Numbered from the stretch's first letter, positions 27,895 through 37,879 are shown. The stretch is 64,000 nt of DNA from Alphaproteobacteria bacterium (GCA_015231795.1 JADGAX010000002.1:593067-657066), one strand, 5' to 3'. Numbers and translations: made by a program. Notes: a model not told the origin generated them from the sequence alone.

Positions 27895-28749
27895 CTAATT
27901 CCCGTTTTCGCCTAGTCCCGGAGGGGACACGCCATCCTCGACCGGTTTGTCCTGAAGTTCCATGGCCTTGCGCTCAAGATCGCGATAGGCCTTGAAGGCG
28001 AAGGGGATCGAGATGGCATAGACGATCTCGATCAGGGGCAGGGTGACCCAGGGCGCCGTGACCATGAAGGCGGCCAGCAGGGCCAGAACCAGAAAGCCCG
28101 GCAAGATGTAAGGATGGGGGATGCGCAAGCCCTTGAGCGAGAAGGTGGGAACGCGGCTAACCATCATGAAGGCGACGGCGATCATCACCAGCCCGACCAC
28201 CAGGGGGCTGGAAAAAAAGGCCTCTCCCAGCTCGAAGGACAGCATCAGGGGCAGCAGGGCCAATCCGGCGGCGGCAGGGGCGGGCACGCCGGTAAAGAAG
28301 TTGTAGGCGTAGGGTGGCAGGTTCGCTTGGCCGATCATGGTGTTGAAGCGGGCCAAGCGCAGGGCCGAGCAGACCACGAACAAAAGGGCCAGCGCCCAGC
28401 CGGGACTGCCCGCGTCCTTCAGGGTCCAAAGATACATAACCATGGCGGGGGCGACGCCGAAACAGACGAAATCGGACAGCGAGTCAAGCTCGGCACCGAA
28501 GCGCGAGGTCACCTTCAAAAGCCTGGCGATCCGTCCGTCCAACCCGTCAAGAATGGCGGCCAGCAGAACGGCGAAGACGGCATGTTCCCATTTGGCTTGC
28601 AGGGCGAAACGGATGGCGGTCAGGCCTGCGCATAAGGCCAGCAGGGTCAGAATGTTGGGAATCATGTGATTCAGCGGGGGGCCTTTCAGCCTTGGAATGC
28701 CCCGGCGCTTCTTGCGCTTGTACCCGTGATTGCCGCTTTCTTCTTGCAT
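27895..28749 (-). CDS. pssA: CDP-diacylglycerol--serine O-phosphatidyltransferase
   Basis: IPNILT, DGLDGRIARLL, GAELDSLSDFVCFG and RLARFN. ATG 28749 overlaps the psd stop. Confidence 0.9.
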   Translation of the reverse strand: MQEESGNHGYKRKKRRGIPRLKGPPLNHMIPNILTLLALCAGLTAIRFALQAKWEHAVFAVLLAAILDGLDGRIARLLKVTSRFGAELDSLSDFVCFGVAPAMVMYLWTLKDAGSPGWALALLFVVCSALRLARFNTMIGQANLPPYAYNFFTGVPAPAAAGLALLPLMLSFELGEAFFSSPLVVGLVMIAVAFMMVSRVPTFSLKGLRIPHPYILPGFLVLALLAAFMVTAPWVTLPLIEIVYAISIPFAFKAYRDLERKAMELQDKPVEDGVSPPGLGENGN

Positions 28750-29438
28750 CAGCGGATCTCGCCCGATCTGGCCGGCTCCGTCCCAACCAAATCGGCCAGC
28801 ACGGTTTCGCCCGCGATGGCGCGCTGGCCCACCGCCACCAGCGGGGTAGTCCCCACCGGCAGATAGACATCGACGCGGCTGCCAAAACGGATCAGGCCGA
28901 ACCGTTCGCCGGTGCGAAAGGTCTGTCCTTCGGAAATCGGACAAACGATGCGCCTTGCGACCAAGCCCGCGATCTGCACGAAGGCCAAGTCGCGCCCATC
29001 GTCCAGATCAAGGCGCACCGACATGCGCTCGTTGTCGTCGCTGGCCTTGTCGAGGCTGGCGTTCAAGAACAAGCCGGGGCGGTAGAACTTCACACCCACC
29101 TTGCCCGCATGCGGGATGCGGTTCACATGCACGTCGAAAACCGACATGAACACGCAAATCCGGGGACGCGCCGCTTCGCCCATGCCCAGTTCGGCGGGCG
29201 GCTTGGCTTCGTCGATCAGTTGCACGAATCCGTCGGCGGGGCTGATCACCAAGCCTTCGCGGGTGGGCGTCACGCGATCCGGGTTGCGAAAGAAATAGAC
29301 GCACCACAAGGTAAGGACCGCGCCGGGCAAGACCAGCGGCGCCCACAGCCAGTACAGGACCAGCGTGCCGACGGCAAACAGGGTGATGAAGGGCCAGCCT
29401 TCGGGATGGATGGGGACAAGGAGATATCGTTTCAGCAT
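28749..29438 (-). CDS. psd: Phosphatidylserine decarboxylase proenzyme
   Basis: [34 protein letters not shown] and the cleavage motif IRFGSRVD. Alternative start at 29456. Confidence 0.93.
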   Translation of the reverse strand: MLKRYLLVPIHPEGWPFITLFAVGTLVLYWLWAPLVLPGAVLTLWCVYFFRNPDRVTPTREGLVISPADGFVQLIDEAKPPAELGMGEAARPRICVFMSVFDVHVNRIPHAGKVGVKFYRPGLFLNASLDKASDDNERMSVRLDLDDGRDLAFVQIAGLVARRIVCPISEGQTFRTGERFGLIRFGSRVDVYLPVGTTPLVAVGQRAIAGETVLADLVGTEPARSGEIR

Positions 29439-29558
29439 GATGGGGTTATAGAACAAGCCGGGGCGGCTGAGTAGTCCGGAATTGCGTCCCGGACTCGGTT
29501 AAAAGGATATAATCAGTCATTTTCATGCGCGATTCCCTTGTGATAGTGTGACGCCGCC

Positions 29559-30047
29559 ATGACAAGCCTGGATTTGCCGCCCGAAGCCGCCAGCCGCCCC
29601 ATCCCGCTTCACCGCCTGGGACGGGACGCCGATGGCCGGGTGGTGCTGCGCGAGCGCGCCGGGCCGGTCAGATTCGAATTTAGCTATTTAGGTCAAACGG
29701 TTCACGGCGAAATCGAAGATAGCGAAACCCATTCCCGCTTAAGACTGCGGGCGGAATTGGGGCGCATTCCCTATTCGGCGGAATCGAAGGATTGGCGTCA
29801 GAACGTGCTGGCGCTGGTCGAATCGGCCAACGAGGCGCTGGCGGGCGCCGTGCGCACGACGCCCGACCAGCGGATCGTGGCGGTCTATGACGACGAATTG
29901 ATGTCGCCGATGACCGGGGCCATGATGATCGGCGCCATCACCCATTTCCTGCTGCGCATCCGCCCCTACCTTGAGCTGATCTTGATGATCGCGCCCCGGG
30001 TCAGAAGAACCCGCAAAGCCTTCACCTTCCCCAAACGCGTTGCCTGA
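29559..30047 (+). CDS. Hypothetical protein
   Basis: 162 aa ORF filling the space between psd and a convergent gene, with normal codon bias. No motif recognised. Confidence 0.65.
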   Translation: MTSLDLPPEAASRPIPLHRLGRDADGRVVLRERAGPVRFEFSYLGQTVHGEIEDSETHSRLRLRAELGRIPYSAESKDWRQNVLALVESANEALAGAVRTTPDQRIVAVYDDELMSPMTGAMMIGAITHFLLRIRPYLELILMIAPRVRRTRKAFTFPKRVA

Positions 30048-30049
30048 AA

Positions 30050-30325
30050 TCAGGCTGCGCTCAGGCCCCCGATTCCCGTCATGAAGATGCCTGGCATCAG
30101 AAAGGCCAGAAATTGGTTGCCGATTCCCATCAGCTCGGCCTGACGCAGCACTTTGTTGGCTTGTCGCTTGCCGCAGGGCATGACGCGCACCCCATCGGGG
30201 CGGGCGGGCAGGTCGTTGCGCTGTTCCAGGGCGGCCACGATATGGTGCGCGCCCTCGATCCTGTCGGCCGCCACCACGGCGACCAAACGGTGATCGGAAA
30301 AAACCGTCCATAATTTGCGGTTCAT
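30050..30325 (-). CDS. Small hypothetical protein
   Basis: 91 aa ORF with a GGAG-like RBS upstream, same strand as the DUF2946 gene. Confidence 0.55.
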   Translation of the reverse strand: MNRKLWTVFSDHRLVAVVAADRIEGAHHIVAALEQRNDLPARPDGVRVMPCGKRQANKVLRQAELMGIGNQFLAFLMPGIFMTGIGGLSAA

Positions 30326-30385
30326 GAGAAGTCTCCAGTCTTCGACATCTTGAATCCGGCCCTGTTCATGGGGCCGGGGCTTGTT

Positions 30386-30781
30386 TCAAGCGTCAGGAGA
30401 CGGGGGCGCCCTGGGGGCTGCTTTGCTGTGGCGCGCCTGCGGCTCGTCCAAGGGCGGGGCCGCGGTTCCATATTCGGCCGAATATAGGGGAAAGTCGATC
30501 TTGACCAGGGCCGCCTGGGCGGCGGGGCCGTCCAAGCCGCCTTGCAACAGGGGCAGGCAGAAAACGCAGAACGACGCCGCATGACCAGCCTGGTTGGCGG
30601 GAATTTGATCGGCGCCGGGTCCGACGGCGGTCATGCCGAAGGCGGTGCAGATATAGGTCTGGCTGACCAACTGGCTGAGCGGAGCGGCCGCCTGGGCAGG
30701 CATCAAGGCCCCGGCAATCAGATTGAATGCCAGTAGATACAAGCCCGTCCAGGCCATGGCTTTGCGGCGCGTGCGCATCAT
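30386..30781 (-). CDS. DUF2946-family protein (TM helix, ICT...G, CxxC)
   Basis: N-terminal hydrophobic helix, YICTAFG, FCVFC and a terminal PRAPP, typical of DUF2946. Confidence 0.7.
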   Translation of the reverse strand: MMRTRRKAMAWTGLYLLAFNLIAGALMPAQAAAPLSQLVSQTYICTAFGMTAVGPGADQIPANQAGHAASFCVFCLPLLQGGLDGPAAQAALVKIDFPLYSAEYGTAAPPLDEPQARHSKAAPRAPPSPDA

Positions 30782-30826
30782 CGGGCCAAGGTAGGCAAGC
30801 CTTCGGGGGCTGTCAATGGCGGGGGG

Positions 30827-31441
30827 TTACTTATTCCCCAGCAGGAACAGGCCGTTTTCGCCGAACAGATTGGCTTTCCAGTCGGGCGGCGTGAAGGCGC
30901 GCGTGCGGCCCGAGGAATCGATGGCGATGCCTTTTTCGATCCTGGCGCCGATGGCCTCGGTCAGGTCGGCGAAATCGTCGATGGTGCACAGATGGATATT
31001 GGGCGTGTCGTACCAGGCGAAACCCAGGCTTGAGGTGACGGGCATGCGCCCATGCACCAGCAGGCTTAAGCGCACCCGCCAATGGCCGAAATTGGGCAGG
31101 CTGACGATGGCGCGGCGACCGATGCGCAGCATCTGCTCCAGCACTTCGCGGGGATTGCGCGTCGCTTGCAGTGTTTGCGACAGAATCACGTAATCGAATG
31201 CCTGCGCCGGATAATCCTTAAGGTCGGTGTCGGCGTCGCCTTGGATGACCGACAGGCCCTGGCGCACCGCGCCCGAAACGCCGCTCATCGACAATTCGAT
31301 GCCGCGCCCATCGACCTTTTTGGTTTCTCGCAGGAATTTCAGCAATTCGCCCTCGCCGCAGCCGACGTCCAGCACGCGCGTCTTGGGGGCCACCATGTCG
31401 GCGATCATGCGCAGATCGAAGCGAAGCTGCGAAGGATTCAT
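30827..31441 (-). CDS. metW: Methionine biosynthesis protein MetW
   Basis: [31 protein letters not shown] and WYDTPNIH. Overlaps metX. Confidence 0.92.
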   Translation of the reverse strand: MNPSQLRFDLRMIADMVAPKTRVLDVGCGEGELLKFLRETKKVDGRGIELSMSGVSGAVRQGLSVIQGDADTDLKDYPAQAFDYVILSQTLQATRNPREVLEQMLRIGRRAIVSLPNFGHWRVRLSLLVHGRMPVTSSLGFAWYDTPNIHLCTIDDFADLTEAIGARIEKGIAIDSSGRTRAFTPPDWKANLFGENGLFLLGNK

Positions 31442-32598
31442 CCAAGCCCCCGCTGTTCGGCAGCACCATCCAGGAAGCCCTGAAGGGTGCGGTGGAATTC
31501 AGGTTCGTCCAGCAAAAAGGCGTCATGGCCCTTGTCGGATTCGACTTCGACGAAGCTGACATTGGCCGCAACAGCGTTCAGCGCATGCACGATGGCCCTT
31601 GATTCCTGGGTGGGAAACAGCCAGTCGCTGGTAAAGGAGATCACGCAAAAGCGCGTCTGCGTTCCCTTGAAGGCGTTGGCCAGCTTGCCGCCGTTCTCGG
31701 CCGCCAGATCGAAATAGTCCATCGCCCTGGTGATGTACAAATACGAGTTGGCGTCGAAACGCTCGACGAAAGTGCTGCCCTGATGGCGCAGATAGCTTTC
31801 GATCTGGAAATCGGCGTCGAAGCCATAGGTCACGTTCGCCCGGTTCTGCAGCTTGCGTCCGAATTTGCGGTGCAGGGCCACTTCGGACAGATAGGTGATG
31901 TGGGCGGCCATGCGCGCCACCGACAGGCCGCGATGGGGATTGGTGCCGTGCTCCAGATAGTCGCCGCCCATCCAGTCGGGGTCGGCCATGATGGCTTGGC
32001 GTCCCACTTCGTGAAAGGCGATGTTCTGGGCCGAATGACGATAGCTGGTGGCGATCGGCAGGGCCGCGAAGACCCGCCTGGGATGGCTGGCCGCCCATTC
32101 CAGGACCTGCATGCCGCCCATAGAGCCGCCGATCACGCAGAATAATTGCTCGATTCCCAGATGATCCAGCAACAAGGCCTGGGCATTCACCATGTCGCCG
32201 ATGGTGATCACCGGAAAAGAAAGCCCCCAGGGCTTGCCGGTGTCGGGATTGATCTCCATGGGGCCGGTGGTGCCCATGCATCCGCCTAACACATTGGCGC
32301 AAATCATGAAATAGCGGTCGGTGTCGAACAGGTTGCCTGGCCCCAGCAGCGTATGCCACCAGCCCGGCTTGCCGGTGACCGGGTGGGGATCGCCCAGATA
32401 TTGATCGCCGGTCAGGGCGTGGCAGACCAGGATGGCGTTCGATTTGTCGGCGTTCAGCGCGCCATAGCTGCGCCAAGCCACGGTGACGCGGTCCATCACC
32501 ACCCCGCAGTCAAGCTTTAAGGGGCCCAACTCGGCGGTCGAGCAGGCCTTGGTTCTGGGGTCGGTCACGCCGGGGGCAAGGGCAGGCGGCAGATTCAT
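31438..32598 (-). CDS. metX: Homoserine O-acetyltransferase
   Basis: [16 protein letters not shown] (catalytic Ser), RFDANSYLY and KGHDAFLL. Confidence 0.95.
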   Translation of the reverse strand: MNLPPALAPGVTDPRTKACSTAELGPLKLDCGVVMDRVTVAWRSYGALNADKSNAILVCHALTGDQYLGDPHPVTGKPGWWHTLLGPGNLFDTDRYFMICANVLGGCMGTTGPMEINPDTGKPWGLSFPVITIGDMVNAQALLLDHLGIEQLFCVIGGSMGGMQVLEWAASHPRRVFAALPIATSYRHSAQNIAFHEVGRQAIMADPDWMGGDYLEHGTNPHRGLSVARMAAHITYLSEVALHRKFGRKLQNRANVTYGFDADFQIESYLRHQGSTFVERFDANSYLYITRAMDYFDLAAENGGKLANAFKGTQTRFCVISFTSDWLFPTQESRAIVHALNAVAANVSFVEVESDKGHDAFLLDEPEFHRTLQGFLDGAAEQRGLG

Positions 32599-32607
32599 GA
32601 TGGAAGA

Positions 32608-32636
32608 GACCTAGGGCGGGGGCACCCCCCTGTCAA
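32608..32636 (-). promoter_or_regulatory. Sigma70-like promoter of metXW giving a near-leaderless transcript
   Basis: TTGACA-N17-TAGGTC ends only 9 nt before the ATG, and no SD is visible. Confidence 0.5.
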
Positions 32637-32698
32637 TCCCTTTGATTTCACGCGCCTGGGGGGATAAAACGGTTTCCCTTAACTTTCACAGCCGGACC

Positions 32699-33520
32699 AT
32701 GAGCAAAGCCCCCACCCTTGCCAGCCTGCGCAAACAGATCGACGGCATCGACACCAAGCTGCACGACCTGTTGATGCAGCGCGCCTTGGTCGTTGAATCG
32801 GTCGGCGAGCTTAAAAAGGCCCAGAAGCTGGGAGCGCCCTTTCGCCTGGGCCGCGAAGCCGAGATCCTGCGCCGCCTGAAAGCCCGCCACCAAGGCCAAC
32901 TGCCCTACCCGGTCATCGCCAGGCTGTGGCGCGAGATCATCGCCAGCTTCACGCAGTTGGAGGCGGCCTATGCGGTCGCGGTCTGCCAGACTTCGAGCGA
33001 GGCCCCGGTGCGCGATCTGGCGCGCGATCATTATGGCGGCGGGGTGGCTTTGCTCCCCTATGCCCAACCTGGACCCGCCCTGGTGGCCTTGTCCGAGGGC
33101 AAGGCGGTGCAGGCCGTTTTGTCCATGCCCAGGCCGGATGACGAAACCCCCTGGTGGTCGATGCTGATGGACGGCGCCCAAGCGCCGCGCATCGTGGCCC
33201 GCCTGCCTTTTGCCGGAACCCAGGGGCCGGGGCGCGAGGCGCTGGTGGCCGCCCTGTTCCCGCCCGAGCCTTCGGGCGACGACGTGACCTTGCTGGGCAT
33301 CGAAACCAACGAACCGGCCAGCCGCACCGGCTTGAAAACCGAGTTGGAGAAGGCGGGCTTCGCCCAGCCTCGCCTGCTGGCCGCCGGGCGTTATGGGGCC
33401 AAATCGCTGGCCCTGGCCGAAGTCGACGGTTTCGTCGAGGCGCAGGACGCCCGCCTAGCCACCCTTTCAATGCCCCGCGTCCTGGTGCTGGGCGCCTATG
33501 CCAGACCCATTCTCGAATAG
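32699..33520 (+). CDS. Chorismate mutase (AroQ) with C-terminal extension
   Basis: LASLRKQIDGID..LHDLLMQRA..V and REAEILRRL. First gene of the conserved CM-hisC-tyrC unit. Confidence 0.85.
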   Translation: MSKAPTLASLRKQIDGIDTKLHDLLMQRALVVESVGELKKAQKLGAPFRLGREAEILRRLKARHQGQLPYPVIARLWREIIASFTQLEAAYAVAVCQTSSEAPVRDLARDHYGGGVALLPYAQPGPALVALSEGKAVQAVLSMPRPDDETPWWSMLMDGAQAPRIVARLPFAGTQGPGREALVAALFPPEPSGDDVTLLGIETNEPASRTGLKTELEKAGFAQPRLLAAGRYGAKSLALAEVDGFVEAQDARLATLSMPRVLVLGAYARPILE

Positions 33521-33534
33521 ACCGGAGTTTTCTG

Positions 33535-34626
33535 ATGACCCTTCCCCAGCCCCGTCCCGGCATCATGGACATCGCGCCCTATATCGGCGGCGAGTCGAAA
33601 ATTCCCGGCGTTGCGCGCGTGATCAAGCTGGCCTCGAACGAGGGTGCCCTGGGTCCCAGCCCGGCCGCCATCGAGGCCTACAAGACGGTGGCTGGCGATC
33701 TGCACCGCTATCCCGACGGCGGCTGTTCGGAACTGCGCAAGGCCTTGGGCGCTCGCTGGGGCCTTGATCCGGCGCGCATCGTCTGCGGTGCCGGTTCGGA
33801 CGAACTTCTGGGTCTGCTGTGCCGCGCCTATGCCGGTCCTGGCGATGAGGTTCTGTATTCGGCGCATGGATTCTTGATGTATCCCATCGCCGCCAAGACG
33901 GCGGGAGCGACGCCCGTCACGGCGCCCGAAACCGATTTGACCATGAGCGTCGACGCCCTGCTGGCCAAGGTAACGCCCAAGACCAAGATCGTCTTTGTCG
34001 CCAACCCCAATAATCCGACCGGCACCTATGTGTCGATCAGCGAGATCGAGCGGTTGCGCAAGGGTCTGCCCGACCATGTGCTGCTGGTCATCGACGCCGC
34101 CTATGCCGAGTTCGTCAGCAAGAACGATTACGCCGCGGGCAACGAGTTGGTGGATCAGGGGTCCAACACCGTAGTCACCCGCACTTTCTCGAAAATCTAC
34201 GCCCTGGGTTCGGTGCGTCTGGGCTGGGCCTATTGCCCGCCCAATGTGGCCGACGTGCTGAACCGCGTGCGCAATCCGTTCAACGTGTCGGCACCCGCCC
34301 AGGCGGCGGGGCTGGCGGCGCTTGGAGACGAGAAATTCTTCGCGCTGTGCAAGGCCCACAACGACATGTGGCTGCCTTGGTTGTCGCAGGAGCTGAAGGC
34401 GATGGGGCTGCAACTGACCGACAGCGTCGGCAATTTCGTGCTGGTGCGCTTTCCCAAGGCCTGCGGCAAGACCGCCGACGAAGCCGACAAGTTCCTGACC
34501 TCGAAAGGCATCATCGCCCGCAAGATGGGCGGCTATGGCCTGCCCGACGCGCTTCGCATCACCATCGGCCAGGATGACGAGATGAAGGCGGTGGCGGCGG
34601 CCATGAAGGAGTTTCTGGCGTCGTGA
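33535..34626 (+). CDS. hisC: Histidinol-phosphate aminotransferase
   Basis: KLASNE, RYPDG, ANPNNPTG, IDAAYAE and RTFSKIYALGSVRLGW. Confidence 0.93.
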   Translation: MTLPQPRPGIMDIAPYIGGESKIPGVARVIKLASNEGALGPSPAAIEAYKTVAGDLHRYPDGGCSELRKALGARWGLDPARIVCGAGSDELLGLLCRAYAGPGDEVLYSAHGFLMYPIAAKTAGATPVTAPETDLTMSVDALLAKVTPKTKIVFVANPNNPTGTYVSISEIERLRKGLPDHVLLVIDAAYAEFVSKNDYAAGNELVDQGSNTVVTRTFSKIYALGSVRLGWAYCPPNVADVLNRVRNPFNVSAPAQAAGLAALGDEKFFALCKAHNDMWLPWLSQELKAMGLQLTDSVGNFVLVRFPKACGKTADEADKFLTSKGIIARKMGGYGLPDALRITIGQDDEMKAVAAAMKEFLAS

Positions 34627-35513
34627 GTTCAACCAAACTGTTCAACAAGATCGCCCTGATCGGCATCGGCCTGATCGGCTCGTCGATCGCGCATGCCGTG
34701 AAGAAAAACGGCTTGGCCGCCAGTGTTTCGGTGGGCGACGTCAGGCAAGATCACTGCGACAAGGCCCTTGAATTGGGTTGCTGCGATCAGGCCAGCACCA
34801 ATCTGGCCTTGGCGGTGAAGGACGCCGATCTCGTCTTGCTGTGCGTGCCCATCGGGGCCAATGCCGAAGTGGCCGAAAAAATCGCGGCCCATTTGAAGCC
34901 CGGCGCCATCGTGTCGGATGTCGGCTCGGTCAAGCAGGCCGTGGTCCGCGACGTGGGGCCGCTGCTGCCCGAAGGCGTGCATCTGGTGCCCGGCCATCCG
35001 ATCGCGGGCACGGAATTCTCCGGCCCCGAAGCGGGCTTCGCCGAGTTGTTCCAGGGCCGCTGGTGCATTCTGACGCCGCCCTCCGGCACCGCCGAGGAGG
35101 CCACCGCCAAGGTGACGGCGCTGTGGCGGGGCATGGGTTCGATGATCGAAATCATGGACCCGTCGCACCACGACATGGTGTTGGCCATCACCTCGCATCT
35201 GCCGCATTTGATCGCCTACACCATCGTGGGCACGGCCAGCAATCTGGAAGAGAGTTTGAAGGGCGAAGTGATCCGCTACTCGGCCAGCGGTTTTCGCGAC
35301 TTCACCCGCATCGCCGCCTCGGACCCCATCATGTGGCGCGACGTGTTTTTGAACAATCGCGACGCCGTGTTGGAAATGCTGCAACGATTCTCGGAAGACC
35401 TGACCGCGTTGCAGCGCGCCATCCGCTGGGGCGAGGGCCAAGTGCTGGAAGACCTGTTCACCAGAACCCGCGCCATCCGCCGGGGCATCATCGAGGCCAA
35501 GCAGGATAGTTAG
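34623..35513 (+). CDS. tyrC: Prephenate/arogenate (cyclohexadienyl) dehydrogenase
   Basis: GIGLIGSS, SDVGSVK, GHPIAGTE, HDMVLAITSHLPH and SGFRDFTRIAASDP. GTG start overlaps the hisC stop. Confidence 0.9.
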   Translation: MSSTKLFNKIALIGIGLIGSSIAHAVKKNGLAASVSVGDVRQDHCDKALELGCCDQASTNLALAVKDADLVLLCVPIGANAEVAEKIAAHLKPGAIVSDVGSVKQAVVRDVGPLLPEGVHLVPGHPIAGTEFSGPEAGFAELFQGRWCILTPPSGTAEEATAKVTALWRGMGSMIEIMDPSHHDMVLAITSHLPHLIAYTIVGTASNLEESLKGEVIRYSASGFRDFTRIAASDPIMWRDVFLNNRDAVLEMLQRFSEDLTALQRAIRWGEGQVLEDLFTRTRAIRRGIIEAKQDS

Positions 35514-35564
35514 CTGTCAGCTATCAGCGGTCAGGCATCAGCAAGAAAGCTGATGGCTGAGTGC
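35512..35564. repeat. Heptamer tandem repeat followed by inverted copies
   Basis: AGCTGTC AGCTATC AGCGGTC AGGCATC AGC-AAGAAA-GCTGATG GCTGAGT. The core CATCAGC/GCTGATG stem is perfect. Confidence 0.7.
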
Positions 35565-35604
35565 AGCTCCTCGACGCGACAAATGGAAATGGACAAACAT
35601 AATT

Positions 35605-35719
35605 CCTCACCCTGAGGAAGCCGCGAAGCGGCTGTCTCGAAGGGTGGGCGAAAGGAACAAGAGAGCATTTACGGATACTCATCCTTCGAGACGGGCCTTC
35701 GGCCCTCCTCAGGATGAGG
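35605..35719. repeat. Composite REP/REPIN-like palindromic intergenic element
   Basis: Left arm CCTCACCCTGAGGA-AGCCGCGAAGCGGCT-GTCTCGAAGGGTG is an inverted copy of right arm CATCCTTCGAGAC-GGGCCTTCGGCCC-TCCTCAGGATGAGG. Each arm has an internal hairpin. Confidence 0.85.
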
Positions 35720-35778
35720 GAAAATTCATGTCGGCATCTGGCTCAAGTCCACTTCAAGCGCCGAAGGACCCTGAATGC

Positions 35779-36816
35779 TTATTCCTCAATCCATGGCGGG
35801 TTGGGCAGTCTTGCCAAGCGGGCCGGGCCGATGAACAGATCGCGGCCTTGAAGGGTCAGCGGCAGACGCATCATGCCGTTGTCGGGATCGGGCGGTTCCT
35901 TGGCCAGCACCGCCAGCGCCAGCTTGACCGGCAGCGCGTTCGCCTCTTCGATCCATCCCCGTTCGGCCAGGGCATCGACCATTTCGAAAACGCCCTTGGC
36001 CTTCAGGCCGAAGGGGGCAATGGGCATCAATTGGCGGTCAAGCGCCAGGGTGCCGTCGCCGTCCAGGACCATTGGTCCCCATTCGGCGTGCAGGGCATCG
36101 ACATTCAAAATCCCTCCGGCATCGCTCCAGGCGGTCAGCGGTATGGCTTTCAGGCTGCTGGGAACCGGACCGCGCAGCGACAAGTTTATATGGGCCGCTT
36201 TCACCATCTCGCTTGAAATCCCCCCGGCCTCGGGGGGCAGGGTCAGGGCTTCGAGAGCCAAGGACAGGCTGGCGGTTGGCGTGGTCAGGTCGTCGGGCGG
36301 CACATCGCGCCGGTGTGCTGCGTCCAGGACAAGGCGGCCCAGGCCCAGCGGCTGCGGGAAGAAACCGCTGACCGTCGCCCGCTCGAGCGTCAGATGCAGG
36401 GTCTCGAAACCGTTGGCCGAAAAGTTCAAGCTGGCCTCAGCCGTTTCGAAGACAAGGTTCGCCTGCTTGCCCCGATAGTCCAGGCGATGCGCTCCATGTG
36501 CTTCAAGGTTCAGCAAGCCGGGAGCCAAGGGGCTGATGCGCGCCGCTACTTCGTCTGGACCATGCCAAGCGAAAGGCTGTTTGCCTTCCCGCGACACGAC
36601 GGGCTTGGCGACGATCAGGTCGATGCGCATGGGGAATCCGGAAGCGCTGACACCTTCATGGGTAATATTGAAATTTGCGCCGCGCCTGGCTTCGATCCAG
36701 CGTTCCAACTCGGCCTTGGCGGCCTCCGCCGCCTGATTCCACCAAAGGCCGTACAGGCCGGTCGAGATGGCCAGGGCGGCCAGGATCAGGCCCAGGCGGC
36801 GATTTTGCCGCCTCAT
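35779..36816 (-). CDS. DUF2125 domain-containing protein
   Basis: N-terminal TM followed by YGLWW, SGFPMRIDL, WSDAGG, GDGTLALD and lipid-binding-like strands. Convergent with tyrC as commonly seen. Confidence 0.75.
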   Translation of the reverse strand: MRRQNRRLGLILAALAISTGLYGLWWNQAAEAAKAELERWIEARRGANFNITHEGVSASGFPMRIDLIVAKPVVSREGKQPFAWHGPDEVAARISPLAPGLLNLEAHGAHRLDYRGKQANLVFETAEASLNFSANGFETLHLTLERATVSGFFPQPLGLGRLVLDAAHRRDVPPDDLTTPTASLSLALEALTLPPEAGGISSEMVKAAHINLSLRGPVPSSLKAIPLTAWSDAGGILNVDALHAEWGPMVLDGDGTLALDRQLMPIAPFGLKAKGVFEMVDALAERGWIEEANALPVKLALAVLAKEPPDPDNGMMRLPLTLQGRDLFIGPARLARLPNPPWIEE

Positions 36817-37373
36817 GGTAGCTGGTCGCGGGGTTTGGCGTATTGCGGCCAATGCAAGGCCACCACATTGCCGTCGCTTTTCAAGGCATGGCAGCGGTCG
36901 ATGATGCTGGGCTTCTTGCGGTCGGGCTTTTGGGCCTCCTTGGCTTCGCGCACGCTCCACAGCGTTTGGTAGGCGGTGGTCAGCACCACGCCCATCAGTT
37001 CGTTCAGATGCGTGCAGCCTTTGGGGCCGCCGAACATGTCCTCGACCACTTCCAGAAAATCCGAGCCGAGGCGCATGCCGGTCAGGCGGGCGAAGGCCGG
37101 GGCGGCGCCCGCGCAAACCGAAAAGGGCGCGTGGTCGGTGCTGGCCGCCGCTTCGTGAATCAGGAAAGTCTCGTCCACCGTCACCCTGACCGACATGCCA
37201 TGCAGGCACTTGCCGGGGGCCAGAACGCCGATTTCAAGATTTTCATAGGGCACGTCCTTCACGTCGTTTAGTTCAGCTTCAATGTCCCACAGGCCGTCGT
37301 CGCGCCGATAGCCCTCGGCGACGATGCGCCTTGTGTGGTGGCGCTGGCGGCTGGCTGGCGGCGGCAAGGGCAT
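36813..37373 (-). CDS. DUF2889 domain-containing protein
   Basis: HHTRRI..EGYRRDDGLWDIEA, LHGMSVR, GCTHLNEL and IDRCHAL. Confidence 0.8.
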   Translation of the reverse strand: MPLPPPASRQRHHTRRIVAEGYRRDDGLWDIEAELNDVKDVPYENLEIGVLAPGKCLHGMSVRVTVDETFLIHEAAASTDHAPFSVCAGAAPAFARLTGMRLGSDFLEVVEDMFGGPKGCTHLNELMGVVLTTAYQTLWSVREAKEAQKPDRKKPSIIDRCHALKSDGNVVALHWPQYAKPRDQLP

Positions 37374-37459
37374 GGGGAAGGAACCTCGACAGGTCGTCTG
37401 CGTGAAGATATCGTCAGTTTACAAGCCGCCCTTTCCCCCGGTCAAGAAAGCCAGATCGC

Positions 37460-37879
37460 ATGACGCAAGCCCAAGATCCAGCCATCATCGCGGCCAAGCT
37501 GCTCGAACGCGACCAAATGGCCCGCTTACTCGGCGTAGAACTGGTCGAGGTGGGTTTGGGGCGCTGCGTGCTGAGGATGACGTGCGGGGCTGCGCATTTG
37601 AACGGTTACGGCGGCGGGCACGGCGGCGCCATTTTCGCGCTGGCCGACGTGGCCTTCGCCATCGCCTCGAATTCGCGCGGCCACATGGCGGTCGGCATCG
37701 ACGCCCATATCGCCTATTTCGTCGGCGTCAAGGAAGGCGACGTTCTGTACGCCAGAGCCAGCGAGATCAATCGGTCGCGACGACTTGGGACCTATCGCAT
37801 CGACGTCGAACGCGCCGACGGCGTGCTGGCGGCGGCTTTTACCGGCACGGTCAGCGTCAGCGAGAAACCGGCTTTCTGA
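37460..37879 (+). CDS. paaI: PaaI-family hotdog thioesterase
   Basis: HLNGYGGGHGGAIFALADVAFAIASNS and LGTYRIDV. Confidence 0.75.
   Translation: MTQAQDPAIIAAKLLERDQMARLLGVELVEVGLGRCVLRMTCGAAHLNGYGGGHGGAIFALADVAFAIASNSRGHMAVGIDAHIAYFVGVKEGDVLYARASEINRSRRLGTYRIDVERADGVLAAAFTGTVSVSEKPAF

Noticed and set aside
26780-27898. Long antisense or alternative-frame ORFs (e.g. 26780-27898, 1436-2620, 41092-42282, 33496-34632, 46703-47821, 60673-61998)
   Set aside because: They shadow well-supported genes. Such ORFs are expected in GC-rich DNA with strong codon bias, and they carry no recognisable motifs.
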